NCBI GenBank assembly: GCA_002470825.1
Contig: DKOR01000014.1
Location: 7,021-71,020, forward strand
Reading direction: 5' to 3'
Length of the DNA: 64,000 nucleotides
Source of the DNA: Thiotrichaceae bacterium UBA7357
GTDB taxonomy: Bacteria; Pseudomonadota; Gammaproteobacteria; Eutrophobiales; Eutrophobiaceae
This document shows, piece by piece, positions 22,418-32,911 of this stretch (position 1 is its first letter; the number at the start of each line of letters is the position of its first letter). A program made the translations under genes and the position numbers. Below the pieces are notes generated by a model. That model searched no databases. It was given only the letters and a program-made list of their open reading frames with translations, and was not told where the DNA came from.

Positions 22418-23122
22418 CTAAGCTACGTATTCACGTGTAGTCATTATTTCGATAGGTTTTTTATGGTCAGTACCAACGATAAAGCCATTCACATAAATAC
22501 CTGGCGTATGGATATGATCAGGATCAAAATCTCCCAAGCTCACATATTCTTCAACCTCGGCAATCGTTGTTTTTCCAGCCGTTGCCATCACAGGATTGAA
22601 GTTTCTAGCTGTTTTTCGGTAAACTAAATTACCTTCATCATCCGCTTTCCATGCCTTGACAAGAGATAAATCGGCCACCAAACCAGTCTCTAATATATAG
22701 GTCTCACCATTAAATTCTTTATGCTCTTTACCTTCAGCAATAACCGTTCCAACACCTGTTTTAGTATAAAAACCAGCAATACCTGCACCACCTGCTCGAC
22801 AACGCTCAGCTAAAGTTCCTTGAGGATTAAATTCTAGTTCTAACTCACCCTTCATATATTGTTGTTCAAATGTTTTATTTCCACCAACATAAGATGAAAC
22901 CATTTTTTTTATTTGTCGTGTATGCAGTAAAATCCCCAAACCAAAGTCATCTATTCCGCAATTATTTGAAATCACGGAAATATCTTTCACGCCTGAATCA
23001 CGTAATGCAGTAATCAAATACTCTGGGATACCACAGAGACCAAAGCCACCTGCCATAATGGTCATACCATCAAACAGAATTCCTTCCAAAGCCTCTGACG
23101 CGCTATTTTTTAATTTATTCAT
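22418..23122 (-). CDS. scoA: 3-oxoacid CoA-transferase subunit A
   Basis: GGFGLCGIPE, SNNCG, PQGTLAER, RKTARNFNP, IHTPG. Confidence 0.92.
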   Translation of the reverse strand: MNKLKNSASEALEGILFDGMTIMAGGFGLCGIPEYLITALRDSGVKDISVISNNCGIDDFGLGILLHTRQIKKMVSSYVGGNKTFEQQYMKGELELEFNPQGTLAERCRAGGAGIAGFYTKTGVGTVIAEGKEHKEFNGETYILETGLVADLSLVKAWKADDEGNLVYRKTARNFNPVMATAGKTTIAEVEEYVSLGDFDPDHIHTPGIYVNGFIVGTDHKKPIEIMTTREYVA

Positions 23123-23419
23123 TTACAGACACCCTTATGTTTTAACTTTGTATTCAATATTCGGTGAAAGTGCTACACAACCGTATAATGAGTATTAAGT
23201 TTTTTAAATACGAGTACTAAGAACAATGTGTCTTTTCTCATAGTAACAGATTGCACTTTATCTCTATACTGATTCCAATTAAGACTTATTTATTAGTTAT
23301 ATATATATTGCCAAAAATAAAATCATAAATAAATACTATACTTCGATAAAAGAATCTATTGTAGATGAATTTCGATATAAGAATAAGCATGTGCATAAAA
23401 TTGATATTGCTTTTTTCAA

Positions 23420-23457
23420 AACTTCTCATCCATGAGCAATGTCATGGATGAGAAGTT
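23420..23457. terminator. Strong hairpin, probable terminator after the RND gene
   Basis: Perfect 16-bp stem AACTTCTCATCCATGA-gcaatg-TCATGGATGAGAAGTT, 37 nt beyond the RND stop. Confidence 0.7.
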
Positions 23458-23494
23458 GAAAAATCAATTACCTCAATTTTTTAGCTTAATTTAC

Positions 23495-25918
23495 TTATGC
23501 GGGTGTACTATCCGTTAATGCTGAGTCGGCCGCATCAGTAGTTTGATCTCGTTCTTCATTAAAAATGAATTTTGGTTTAAATATATATGCCATAGCAGGC
23601 ATCAAGAACAATGCTGACAGAGCAGATACAGTTAGCCACATACCGATTAACATACCCATTTCAGCCTGAAAGCGTAAGGATGAAAACAGCCACACACCAA
23701 CACTAACAATTAACACTAGAGCGGTAACCAATACACCACGACCAGCGCAATGTAATGATATTCCTATTGCCTCTAGATGCGTTTTTCCTGAATCATACTC
23801 ACCTTTTATACGATCACATATATACAGCGTGTAATCTACCCCCAAACCAATACCCAGAGCAGCAACCGGGACAGTATTAATATTCATACCAATGTTTTGC
23901 CAAGACATAAAGGCAAAGGTGACGAGATTCGCTAGGACTACCGGCACCATAAAAAACAAACCAGCAATACTTGAGCGGTAGACAAACATACACATCATCA
24001 CAAGGATAAATAACGCAAGCGCGATAGACTGTATCTGACCAGACAATATAACTTCATTCACAGAAGCGATCACACCGATGATTCCACCCGCCAATCTAAA
24101 ATTTGCAAGCTCCTGTAACTCAGGATTATCTTTTATGAATTGCTTAACACGCGCAATTGCCGTTGCAATCGTGTCACCTTTTCTATCAGAGAAATACATC
24201 AGTACAGAAGCATAGTTAATATCAACGTCAGTGAAGCGTAATAAATCACCAGGTTCAGCTGCACGTTCAAACATAAACAATAATTCACCATTCTGATCGG
24301 TAGTTGTACCTAATTCAGAGTACCTAAAATTACCTTCACGTAATGTTTGATTCACAGATGGAAGCACATCTGCTACAGATATAGTGGCGCCAATTTCTTT
24401 TTGCTGCTCCATATATTGTTGAAAACGCAACATACCATCAAGGATTTCAACATTTTTTATCTTCCCGACGACCTTGCCACCAAACTCATTTTTGGCTCCT
24501 TCCTCGACACCACCAACCACGACAAACATACGGTCAGCACCAGGGAATTGCTTATTGATGCTTGCAGAATCTACATTATAACGACCATCTGGCCATAGGA
24601 TTGGAGAACCTGGATTTGAATCACCAACATCTAAATCTTGCGCTAAATACCCACTACCAATAAACACTATCGTTGCTAGAAAAACGACAACATACCTTGC
24701 TTTTGTTGCAACCACTCTGACACAAATATCTAGGAAGGGTCTGATGACTAATAAGTCTAAGTTAAGTGGATGTGCATAAGATTTCGGATTTTTAACCCAT
24801 GATAATAAAACTGGTGTCACGACAAGTGAACTAATCGCAACTGTACCAACCCAGACAACCGCCAGAACAACTAATTTTTGCAGTAATGGAATTGGACTAA
24901 TCGCGACTACTGTCACACAACCTGCATCTGTTGCTATACCCAACAAACCAGGGCGCAACAAATCTTTCATTGTTGTTGTTGCAGCTGATAAAGAATTAAC
25001 GTCTTTATTATCATCTACTTTGTCGATCTCTTCATGATATCGCGTCATCATCTGTACAGAATGAGATACCGCTCTAGCAGTTATCAACATAGCAACAACA
25101 ACAACAAGCGGATCAAAGTGAATACCACAGAGTTGCGCCACACCTAACGCCCATATAGCACTAATAGCACCAGACAACAGCGGTAAAATAGTCCCACGCC
25201 AAGTTCTGTTTATAACAAACAGTAATACAAGAAATATTGATGCAGCTATACTAATAAGTTTCATTGTTTCTGGCAGGTAATGGTCTACCCAGCCATATAA
25301 AATCGGATTACCTACCAAACTTATATCGACAGTCTCATCATCAAGTTGTTTGACCAAATCGTAAGCTTGTTCATACGCCAGGTTGAAATCAAGTAAATTA
25401 TCAAAAAAATCAACCGTAATAAGTGTTGCTGTTAAATCTTTCGATACGAAAGGGCCGTAGACCAAGGGACTACGAAGTATAGCTTCTTTCATGTAGTCAA
25501 TATCTGCTTGAGTTTCAGGCAATTCTGGCCACATATACGGAAAACTTTCAATACCAACTGTAGAAGCTCGAGTCTCTTTGAGTTTCTTACCGGCTATAGA
25601 AAAAATTTGAAATTCATTGATGGCATCAATTGAATACAATCCTTTAGTGAGATCCCGTATTTTCTTCAATACAGGCATTTGAAAGATATCACCTTCGGTA
25701 GATTGAACCATGAAGGTCATAATATTAGTACCACCAAAAGTGTCTTTAAACTGCTCATGAACTTTAATGTATTCATGCGAACCAGGCTGTAAATCTTCAA
25801 ATACTGTTTTAACATCTATTTTATAGGCAAAGTTTGCCAATATAGCTGTCAAAAAAACAACCAGTCCAAGAACTACTTTTCGATGTCTCATGCAAAATAG
25901 TGCCAAATTCTCTAACAT
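23495..25918 (-). CDS. MMPL/RND-superfamily membrane transporter
   Basis: Two repeats of TM + periplasmic loop + TM bundle; FGGTN, GIGLGVDY, SSLRFQAEMG; ATG 25918 preceded by GGAG. Confidence 0.88.
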   Translation of the reverse strand: MLENLALFCMRHRKVVLGLVVFLTAILANFAYKIDVKTVFEDLQPGSHEYIKVHEQFKDTFGGTNIMTFMVQSTEGDIFQMPVLKKIRDLTKGLYSIDAINEFQIFSIAGKKLKETRASTVGIESFPYMWPELPETQADIDYMKEAILRSPLVYGPFVSKDLTATLITVDFFDNLLDFNLAYEQAYDLVKQLDDETVDISLVGNPILYGWVDHYLPETMKLISIAASIFLVLLFVINRTWRGTILPLLSGAISAIWALGVAQLCGIHFDPLVVVVAMLITARAVSHSVQMMTRYHEEIDKVDDNKDVNSLSAATTTMKDLLRPGLLGIATDAGCVTVVAISPIPLLQKLVVLAVVWVGTVAISSLVVTPVLLSWVKNPKSYAHPLNLDLLVIRPFLDICVRVVATKARYVVVFLATIVFIGSGYLAQDLDVGDSNPGSPILWPDGRYNVDSASINKQFPGADRMFVVVGGVEEGAKNEFGGKVVGKIKNVEILDGMLRFQQYMEQQKEIGATISVADVLPSVNQTLREGNFRYSELGTTTDQNGELLFMFERAAEPGDLLRFTDVDINYASVLMYFSDRKGDTIATAIARVKQFIKDNPELQELANFRLAGGIIGVIASVNEVILSGQIQSIALALFILVMMCMFVYRSSIAGLFFMVPVVLANLVTFAFMSWQNIGMNINTVPVAALGIGLGVDYTLYICDRIKGEYDSGKTHLEAIGISLHCAGRGVLVTALVLIVSVGVWLFSSLRFQAEMGMLIGMWLTVSALSALFLMPAMAYIFKPKFIFNEERDQTTDAADSALTDSTPA

Positions 25919-25992
25919 TTCTTTCTCCAACGAGCCGAAATAAAAATCTTCGACTACCCCTAATTATTTATTATTATTTGAATTTAATAGAT

Positions 25993-27066
25993 TTAATCAG
26001 CAAACAATGTCCATGCATTTGACTTAATTTCCATTGCGCCTACTGTTTGACCAACTGACAAAAAGCTACCACCATCAATAGCCAATTCTGTGTGTGAAGT
26101 TAAATCTGTGTCTGACAAATTTCTTGAATCAAACTGAGTCATATCTGCTGAAAATTTTATCCACTTACCTTTATTACCCACAGCGACCCACTCGTTTGTT
26201 TCATCAGACCAATCTACATCCATTAAATGTTCCGTCATACCAGAAACTTTAGGGTCAATATAAGTCCAAGTTTCACCACCATCACTTGTAGCGACGATTG
26301 AACCGCCCAGTCCTACAACGACACCTTCCTGAGGTGAACGAAACGCAACAGCAGTAAAACTGTTAGGACTGTTTGTTTGAGTATCTTTCCACGTCTGACC
26401 ATTGTCAGCACTCTTAAATATGAGACCAAATTCACCAGCTATAAAAAGTGTAGTGTCGTTAACTCGAACTATGTCGTTCATGAAGACATCTTCTTCTTCA
26501 CGCATTTGTTTCCACGTTTCACCATAATCAAGCGATTGAAGAATCATACCCATCTCACCTACCGCCCAACCCTCACCATCGGGGTAGGAATGAACACGCA
26601 GTAGCTTATTCGCAGTTTCTGACTTTGGTGACTCAACTTCAATCCAGTTTTTACCACCATCACTAGTCCTGAGGGTCACACCATTATTTCCTACTGCCAC
26701 TGAATTATTTTCGTCCCAAGACGTGATATCTTGCAGATGTGATACTGTCGGAGCAGTTTGACTCTCCCAACTTTTACCCTTGTCCGTTGATATTATAATT
26801 TTTCCATAATTACCAACAGCCATGTAAACATCAGAATTCACTTTGCTCAAACCAAAAATATTGTCTCGGACATTTATCACCGGCGGGATAACTTCTTCTA
26901 TTACTGCTGTAGGTTTAATGAAAATACCAGCCCACAGTAATGTACCTACAATCGCCCAAGGCATTATAGATACAATAAGTTTTGCTATTTTCTGCACAAT
27001 TGATTCAGCAGTATTAGATATTTCGGATGTTTTTTCTACTGCAGTATTATTTTCTGACATATTCAT
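25993..27066 (-). CDS. Membrane-anchored YCF48/BNR-repeat beta-propeller protein
   Basis: Repeated AVGxxG..S/TxDGGxxW Asp-boxes (STDKGKSW, TSDGGKNW, SLDYGETW, SADNGQTW, TSDGGETW). Confidence 0.88.
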   Translation of the reverse strand: MNMSENNTAVEKTSEISNTAESIVQKIAKLIVSIMPWAIVGTLLWAGIFIKPTAVIEEVIPPVINVRDNIFGLSKVNSDVYMAVGNYGKIIISTDKGKSWESQTAPTVSHLQDITSWDENNSVAVGNNGVTLRTSDGGKNWIEVESPKSETANKLLRVHSYPDGEGWAVGEMGMILQSLDYGETWKQMREEEDVFMNDIVRVNDTTLFIAGEFGLIFKSADNGQTWKDTQTNSPNSFTAVAFRSPQEGVVVGLGGSIVATSDGGETWTYIDPKVSGMTEHLMDVDWSDETNEWVAVGNKGKWIKFSADMTQFDSRNLSDTDLTSHTELAIDGGSFLSVGQTVGAMEIKSNAWTLFAD

Positions 27067-27168
27067 AACGACCCTTCTTCATAATGTGTTTCTTAACCAT
27101 CAGAATCTAAAAAGACATTAGTAATCCTTTTAATGGTTAACGTGTCATTTGTTTTTGAATACACCCCT

Positions 27169-27213
27169 AAATAAAAATGGTGACTGCTAGAAAAGAATTA
27201 TCCAGCAGTCACC
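27169..27213 (-). terminator. Intrinsic terminator-like hairpin inside the envelope operon
   Basis: GGTGACTGCT (27179-27188) pairs with AGCAGTCACC (27204-27213), followed on the minus strand by ATTTTTATTT. Confidence 0.65.
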
Positions 27214-27248
27214 TTTGTGGGGAGAACAATATTAAAACTAATTTATTC

Positions 27249-28526
27249 TTATTTTGCGATACTGATTAACTTTTTAAGAGTCACATCGTCCGCTTCAACA
27301 CCCGCTGGGTTAGCCTTCATGTTAGATGACCATGTTGTAGAGAACTCAGCCTTCCAATCGATGATGTGACCAACAACTGGCATAGTGGATAAGTATCCAT
27401 CATCACCAACGTCACGACGGTTTTGGAAAATAAATGATTTCCAAAATTTGCCGTTTTGATCAAGTGCTTCTCCGTAGTAAGGGCGCGGATAATCAACTTC
27501 CATCCAAACAGTTTTCTTACTGTATGGATGTTCGACTGGTGGAACACCCTCGATTACAAATACTTCACGTGGCTCCCACTGCACTTGTGGCGCAGGGAAA
27601 AAGTGTGGAGGAATGTCCATGCCTACAGCGGGGAACTCTTTAATGGTGTTTTTGTACGTTAAGTCAACAGTCATAAGCGGTGCATGCGCAATTGCGAATA
27701 TCCATTGTCGACCTAGCAACTTAGTAGACTGATATTTGGTAGGAACCGCATCCCAAATATCCCAATCATCATACAATTGCACGGTACCACCAATTGGATC
27801 CATCCAAGAACTACCCGTCAAACGACGAGCACGACGAACAGACTTTAAATAAGCCCAAGTGTCATCTGGTGTTTTTGAAGTAGGATCGTTATAACGGATC
27901 TGGAAAATACCTAAACCTTTAATATCCTGAGGATAGGTAGCAACCAAAACAGTTTTTTGCATGATACTGCCATCGCCTTCAGAAATAGGACCGCCATCTA
28001 GACGTCCTTCCATATAGTAACGCTGAGCCCACCAACGTTGGATACGTTCCATACCCTTCGTGGCGTCCAAGAATACCCATGAAATGTGACGAAGATCCAT
28101 AGTGGCACCATATGTAGGTCCACGCAAATTCCAGATCAACTTGTCTCCTGCATGCGGATCATCCATCTTCACATCTTGTGGATCAAAGAACATCCCTGCT
28201 GTCCAACCAGTTGCAGTTCGGTCAGTTGGATTAAATTTTACAGTTTCCTTGCTCTTCTGAGTCCATGACATGTACTTTTCATCCATTGGCACAGGCTCTG
28301 AATGACGAACAGGTATTGCTAAATGATGATTACGAATCATCCACTCATACTTGCCTGGCAACATGTCACCTACACGCTTACCTTCAAATGTCATATCGAT
28401 AACACTATCCAGGTTTGCGGCATTAATGATTGTGCCTTCTGGCATTTCTTCAGCAATAGAGCTCAGGGGAGCGCCAACGAGCAACCCCAAAGATACTACT
28501 GATGTAGCTAATATTTTCATATACAT
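27249..28526 (-). CDS. DUF1329-family periplasmic protein (LolA-like fold)
   Basis: Signal peptide; YPQDIKG, DDTWAYLKSVRRARR, HPYSKK..DQNGKFWK; canonical position after DUF1302. Confidence 0.85.
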   Translation of the reverse strand: MYMKILATSVVSLGLLVGAPLSSIAEEMPEGTIINAANLDSVIDMTFEGKRVGDMLPGKYEWMIRNHHLAIPVRHSEPVPMDEKYMSWTQKSKETVKFNPTDRTATGWTAGMFFDPQDVKMDDPHAGDKLIWNLRGPTYGATMDLRHISWVFLDATKGMERIQRWWAQRYYMEGRLDGGPISEGDGSIMQKTVLVATYPQDIKGLGIFQIRYNDPTSKTPDDTWAYLKSVRRARRLTGSSWMDPIGGTVQLYDDWDIWDAVPTKYQSTKLLGRQWIFAIAHAPLMTVDLTYKNTIKEFPAVGMDIPPHFFPAPQVQWEPREVFVIEGVPPVEHPYSKKTVWMEVDYPRPYYGEALDQNGKFWKSFIFQNRRDVGDDGYLSTMPVVGHIIDWKAEFSTTWSSNMKANPAGVEADDVTLKKLISIAK

Positions 28527-28614
28527 ATATAAATACTCCTACCTTTTTTAAAATCGTCCTGCATCACTGCAGGGCATTATGGTTAAATCATTTTTCATAT
28601 TTTTACTACTTAGA

Positions 28615-30324
28615 TCAGAACTGCCTCGTAACCTTCAAGACAATTTGGTTATCATCGGCAAACCAATCAAATAGCGATGCGTTACCTTCACGAAAACCAA
28701 GAGGGTTCGAAGTGCCGGCGGCTAATGTACCACCTACACCCGATGTTTGATTGTTAAAGCCAGACCCGATATTGTCTGATGCTGTATTCTTTTTATCACC
28801 ATCATTCCACCAGAGATCAGCTTCTAACTTCACACGCCAATCGTCGCCAAAGACAAACTCAACTGCAGCGATACCAAAACCACCACCGTTGCTCAAGTCT
28901 GTACCAGCAACAAACATAGGATTAATTGTGTCACGCTTGAAATTTAGTAGGGTGAATACAGTCAAGTAGGCCGTATGTTCTCTCTTTTGTGCACCAAAAG
29001 AAGCAAACTCAACGATTTCATCGCTGTCGCTGTGATCGAGTATCCATGTGTCGAAAAGCTGAACACTAGAAAGTGATGGGCGGTTAGTCCCAATATATCT
29101 ACCCAACTTAAATTCCTTATCAATACGGAACATAGTGACTAATGTATCTTTCTCTATAATGCCGCCCCAACCAGGTAAATCTGATGCTAACTGACCAAAG
29201 TTAAAAGGTTTATTTGGAATGAACGCTACTTCGGCACTCAACGTTGAATCAATCGCTTGAGCATAACCGTTTGCACTCACACCAAAAACGTTAATGTGTG
29301 GATAAATCCAATCACCCAACACACCGTTTTCTGCAGCTTCACTAAAATGACTCTGCGTGCCATCAACTCCAAAGAGAGCCGTGGAAGCACTATTAGCTGG
29401 GTTCATCATCGGCGTTGGGTTAAAAGTTCTTAAGAACGCGACAGAGTAACCAATTGAACCAATTTCACTGTTCCAACGAAAACCGAATGTCGGATCATCT
29501 TGTGAACCGTCTGTGTGGTCTGCGTTATAGTCTGTGAACGCGGTGAAATCTACACCACGATACGGATGTGGAATCCAACGTCCACCCTCAATATTGTAGT
29601 TGCTGCCCACATCATCATCACGATCAAGTCCTGGTCGGATGAAGAAGTTTAATGAACCACCAAGTTCGTCATAGAGATCGAGATCAAAATTGACTAAAAA
29701 TAGTGGTTTACGCCAATCTTCGTTGTTCTCAAAAAAGAGTCTCCAACGATAATCAAAACCATGCACCAAATCCATTGCTTGGAAGAAATCACTTTCTCCC
29801 CAAACCAATTGCTGCTTACCTACACGCATATTCAACTTACCGTCAAATAACGAAAAGTCAGCGTAATATTCGCGAAAGAATTCTTGTAAATGGTTTGTAT
29901 TGTATTGATCCATGTAGTTGTTAGAACTACCAGCTTCACCAGCAGTACTTGTACCCGCTGTGATTCTTTGGAGGCTATCCATGTAATCCGTCTTGTACTC
30001 TCTATCAAAGCGACTGACGATTTTCCATGAAACTGGGCCTGTATAGATGTCTGTGTCTATTAATAGAGTAGCCCGAGCCATTGTAAGGTCAAATTTGTCA
30101 TCTTCTGGCGTTTCTTCATGGTCTTCAAGACCCATGCCGAAATATGTACGAGCGTAACCACTGATTTGCCAGCTCCATTCTTCACCATAGCCGCCTGTAC
30201 ACGTATCACAAGAAGGCTCACTTGCTAGATGACCGTCGGCGAATGCAGAACTTGTCGCAAATGTTCCTCCGAAACACAATAGAAAACCCATGGTTTTCAA
30301 AATATTGCTGTTATATTTTTTCAT
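28615..30324 (-). CDS. DUF1302-family outer-membrane beta-barrel protein
   Basis: Signal peptide; REYYAD, RVGKQQLVWGE, DLVHGFD; C-terminal LKVTRQF. Confidence 0.82.
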   Translation of the reverse strand: MKKYNSNILKTMGFLLCFGGTFATSSAFADGHLASEPSCDTCTGGYGEEWSWQISGYARTYFGMGLEDHEETPEDDKFDLTMARATLLIDTDIYTGPVSWKIVSRFDREYKTDYMDSLQRITAGTSTAGEAGSSNNYMDQYNTNHLQEFFREYYADFSLFDGKLNMRVGKQQLVWGESDFFQAMDLVHGFDYRWRLFFENNEDWRKPLFLVNFDLDLYDELGGSLNFFIRPGLDRDDDVGSNYNIEGGRWIPHPYRGVDFTAFTDYNADHTDGSQDDPTFGFRWNSEIGSIGYSVAFLRTFNPTPMMNPANSASTALFGVDGTQSHFSEAAENGVLGDWIYPHINVFGVSANGYAQAIDSTLSAEVAFIPNKPFNFGQLASDLPGWGGIIEKDTLVTMFRIDKEFKLGRYIGTNRPSLSSVQLFDTWILDHSDSDEIVEFASFGAQKREHTAYLTVFTLLNFKRDTINPMFVAGTDLSNGGGFGIAAVEFVFGDDWRVKLEADLWWNDGDKKNTASDNIGSGFNNQTSGVGGTLAAGTSNPLGFREGNASLFDWFADDNQIVLKVTRQF

Positions 30325-30427
30325 TCCTCCCCCTTAAAGAGTTTTAAAAATTTAAATCATCAAAACTACATCACCATTATCAATAAGACGAAGATTAGTT
30401 TTTAGAAATATATCTAGCAAGGTAGCA

Positions 30428-30443
30428 ACAAGTTCTATGCCAA
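30428..30443 (-). promoter_or_regulatory. sigma54-like -24/-12 promoter of the DUF1302 operon (GT at -12)
   Basis: Minus strand TTGGCATAGAACTTGT = GG-N10-GT; IHF-consensus TATCAGTAGCTTA at 30471-30483 (minus). Confidence 0.65.
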
Positions 30444-30530
30444 AAGAAGATATCGCTTTTAAAATGAAGCTAAGCTACTGATAATCATATATTAAATTTT
30501 TTTAAACTCGGTTCTAAGCTTTAATTTATC

Positions 30531-30566
30531 GAGCTATATAGGAACGATTGTGTCCTATCATAGAAC
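30531..30566. promoter_or_regulatory. Two candidate upstream activator sequences
   Basis: GAGCTATATAGGAAC (30531-30545) and GTCCTATCATAGAAC (30552-30566); the proximal one lies 89 nt from the -24 GG. Confidence 0.55.
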
Positions 30567-30805
30567 GGTTCCTTTAATTATTTGCTGTAAAATTTTATTA
30601 ATTTCAAAATAATTAAAGTTATCATTCAAAATTTCCATATATATTAACTGTTTACCTGAGTAAATAACCTGTTTTGTGTGAGTTAATGAATAATGGTAAT
30701 ATCTATGCAACAACACAAAGCAATAGTTAATACCTCAATGAAATTAACATCCTGTTGTATTCCTGATAATTTTTTTACATAAGAGAATGGTGAAACACTC
30801 ATTTC

Positions 30806-32809
30806 ATGAATAAGATAAGAAAAGAAACAGATCTGAATACGCATTCATATTCTCAAAGGGATATCAATCAAGCATGGGATACTTTCAACTCATCGGGAGG
30901 AAAATCAAAAAATCTGACTGTGCGTGAGTTCATAGCTAGCTCGTGGCAGCGTTGTCTCTCTCAAGGCGTTAACCCTAAACAAACAGCGGCACCACTTCTG
31001 GCTACCGAGGGTAATTTACATATCTTACTCCAGAATAATCACAGTCTTATGAGATGCGCACGGCCAGTAACAACTCAGGCTAGAGTGCTTTTGCGCGATC
31101 TTGAATCCATATTAATTCTAACTGACTATGATGGCGTTATTCTTGATGTTGTTGGAGATCCAGAATGTGTTGAAAACGCTGTTGGAATTGGAATGGTACC
31201 TGGTAGTGGTTGGAAAGAAACTGTCTCCGGTTCAAATGCAGTAGGCACCGCAATAGCGACCGGTCTGCCGACACAAGTTCATGGAGAAGAACACTTTATT
31301 AAAGGTTTTAAGCGTTGGACTTGTACCGCTGGAATCATTAGCGATCCATATGACAATCAATTAGTCGGCGTGATTGATATCTCTGGCCTGTCTGATTCAT
31401 TTGACAAATTTCATGTCCCTCTAGTTGTGTCATGGGCTAACCAAATTCAATTATCGCTTGCTAAAAATACATCTGATCAGTGGAATCTTATTAAAGAGAA
31501 CAGTCAATGTGATTTTAAAAATAGTCATCGAAATAATGGTAAGATATTATTCGATAAACAAGGAAGAGTGATTGACCATTCTCAAAACACTTGCTCGGTA
31601 CTCAAATCTCTTGATATAGAGTATGACCTTTCTCTTAAGACTCGTTTATCACTAGAACGGTTTGGCGGAGACGAAATCATCTACCCCCATGATGCAGGAC
31701 TATGGCTTCTAGATGACTGGATTGAACCTATTAAGGATAAGAATGAAATTATAGGTTTTAAAATAGAACTCCCTATAGGCAACCGCTCCTCAAAACGAAT
31801 AAATATACCTTTTAAGACTCCAGCAATTAACATTGAAGCAGAAGCTTTTGAAAAGATATCTGGACAAAGTGCATCAATTAAAGCCAGTATAGAAAAAGCC
31901 CGCAAAGCAGCTAATACGCCCCTGCCCGTATTGTTATTAGGTGATACCGGTGTAGGAAAAGAAATGTTCGCCCGAGCGATACATGAATCAAGTAAATTCT
32001 CTAACGGTCCATTCATTGACTTAAATTGCGGTGCCTTCACCAGAGATATTTTGAGTAGTGAATTGTTTGGTCATGTCGAAGGTGCCTTCACCGGCGCTAA
32101 AAGAGGCGGCATGATGGGTAAAATTGAAGCTGCTAACGGTGGAACATTATTCCTAGATGAGATTAGTGAGATGCCACTTGATCTCCAACCTGTTTTTCTT
32201 AGGGTACTGCAAGAAAGAAAAATTCATCGTGTTGGTGCTATCGCTCCTATTCCAGTCGACTTTAGACTTATTGCTGCAACAAATAGCTACCTTAAACGAG
32301 AAGTCTCTGAAGGTCGTTTTAGAAAAGATTTATATTTCCGTTTATCGACGGTTGCCATTGGGCTTGATCCCCTATCAGAACGAAAAGATGATATTGAAGA
32401 AATTGCGCAACTTGTTTTAAAAGAAACACGAACTTCTCAAAAAATTATACCTAAACGAATTAGTGCTTCTTTAATCACAGCACTAAAAAATAGAGAATGG
32501 CCTGGCAATATTAGAGAGCTAGTCAATGTGATTGAATGTATGTGTTACATGTCTGCAAATCAAAATCTAACCACTCTAGATTTACCTGCAGGATATAGAC
32601 CGGGTGAATCACTTATTAACGTAGCATCAACTGAGCAAGGTCAGGTCCAAAAGACAAAATCAAGTCTAGATATTGCTGAACAACAAACAATTGAGAATGC
32701 GATTATCGAATTTAGTGGAAACATCACACAAGCTGCAAAACACTTGGGTATAGCGAAGGGAACTTTATATCGTAAGATGAAAAAATATAATTTAAAAAAC
32801 CCACGTTAA
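30806..32809 (+). CDS. sigma54-dependent activator, AcoR/AcxR type (GAF-AAA+-Fis HTH)
   Basis: SWQRC..GSNAVGTA..WTC GAF region; GDTGVGKE, GAFTGA, LFLDEI, WPGNIREL; GNITQAAKHLGIAKGTLYRKM. Confidence 0.93.
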   Translation: MNKIRKETDLNTHSYSQRDINQAWDTFNSSGGKSKNLTVREFIASSWQRCLSQGVNPKQTAAPLLATEGNLHILLQNNHSLMRCARPVTTQARVLLRDLESILILTDYDGVILDVVGDPECVENAVGIGMVPGSGWKETVSGSNAVGTAIATGLPTQVHGEEHFIKGFKRWTCTAGIISDPYDNQLVGVIDISGLSDSFDKFHVPLVVSWANQIQLSLAKNTSDQWNLIKENSQCDFKNSHRNNGKILFDKQGRVIDHSQNTCSVLKSLDIEYDLSLKTRLSLERFGGDEIIYPHDAGLWLLDDWIEPIKDKNEIIGFKIELPIGNRSSKRINIPFKTPAINIEAEAFEKISGQSASIKASIEKARKAANTPLPVLLLGDTGVGKEMFARAIHESSKFSNGPFIDLNCGAFTRDILSSELFGHVEGAFTGAKRGGMMGKIEAANGGTLFLDEISEMPLDLQPVFLRVLQERKIHRVGAIAPIPVDFRLIAATNSYLKREVSEGRFRKDLYFRLSTVAIGLDPLSERKDDIEEIAQLVLKETRTSQKIIPKRISASLITALKNREWPGNIRELVNVIECMCYMSANQNLTTLDLPAGYRPGESLINVASTEQGQVQKTKSSLDIAEQQTIENAIIEFSGNITQAAKHLGIAKGTLYRKMKKYNLKNPR

Positions 32810-32911
32810 AAGAAAGTGATGATGATTTTCATTTCTGTTTTTTTTCAAACTATACAGCAGAGCCAAACTAAATCTTGCAATCTAAAGTAACTACATTTCA
32901 AAATTGTTACA

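Noticed and set aside
23299-23314. sigma54 promoter upstream of scoA (TTGGCAAT on minus strand)
   Set aside because: No G at -12 (reads AT) and no activator site 89 nt upstream
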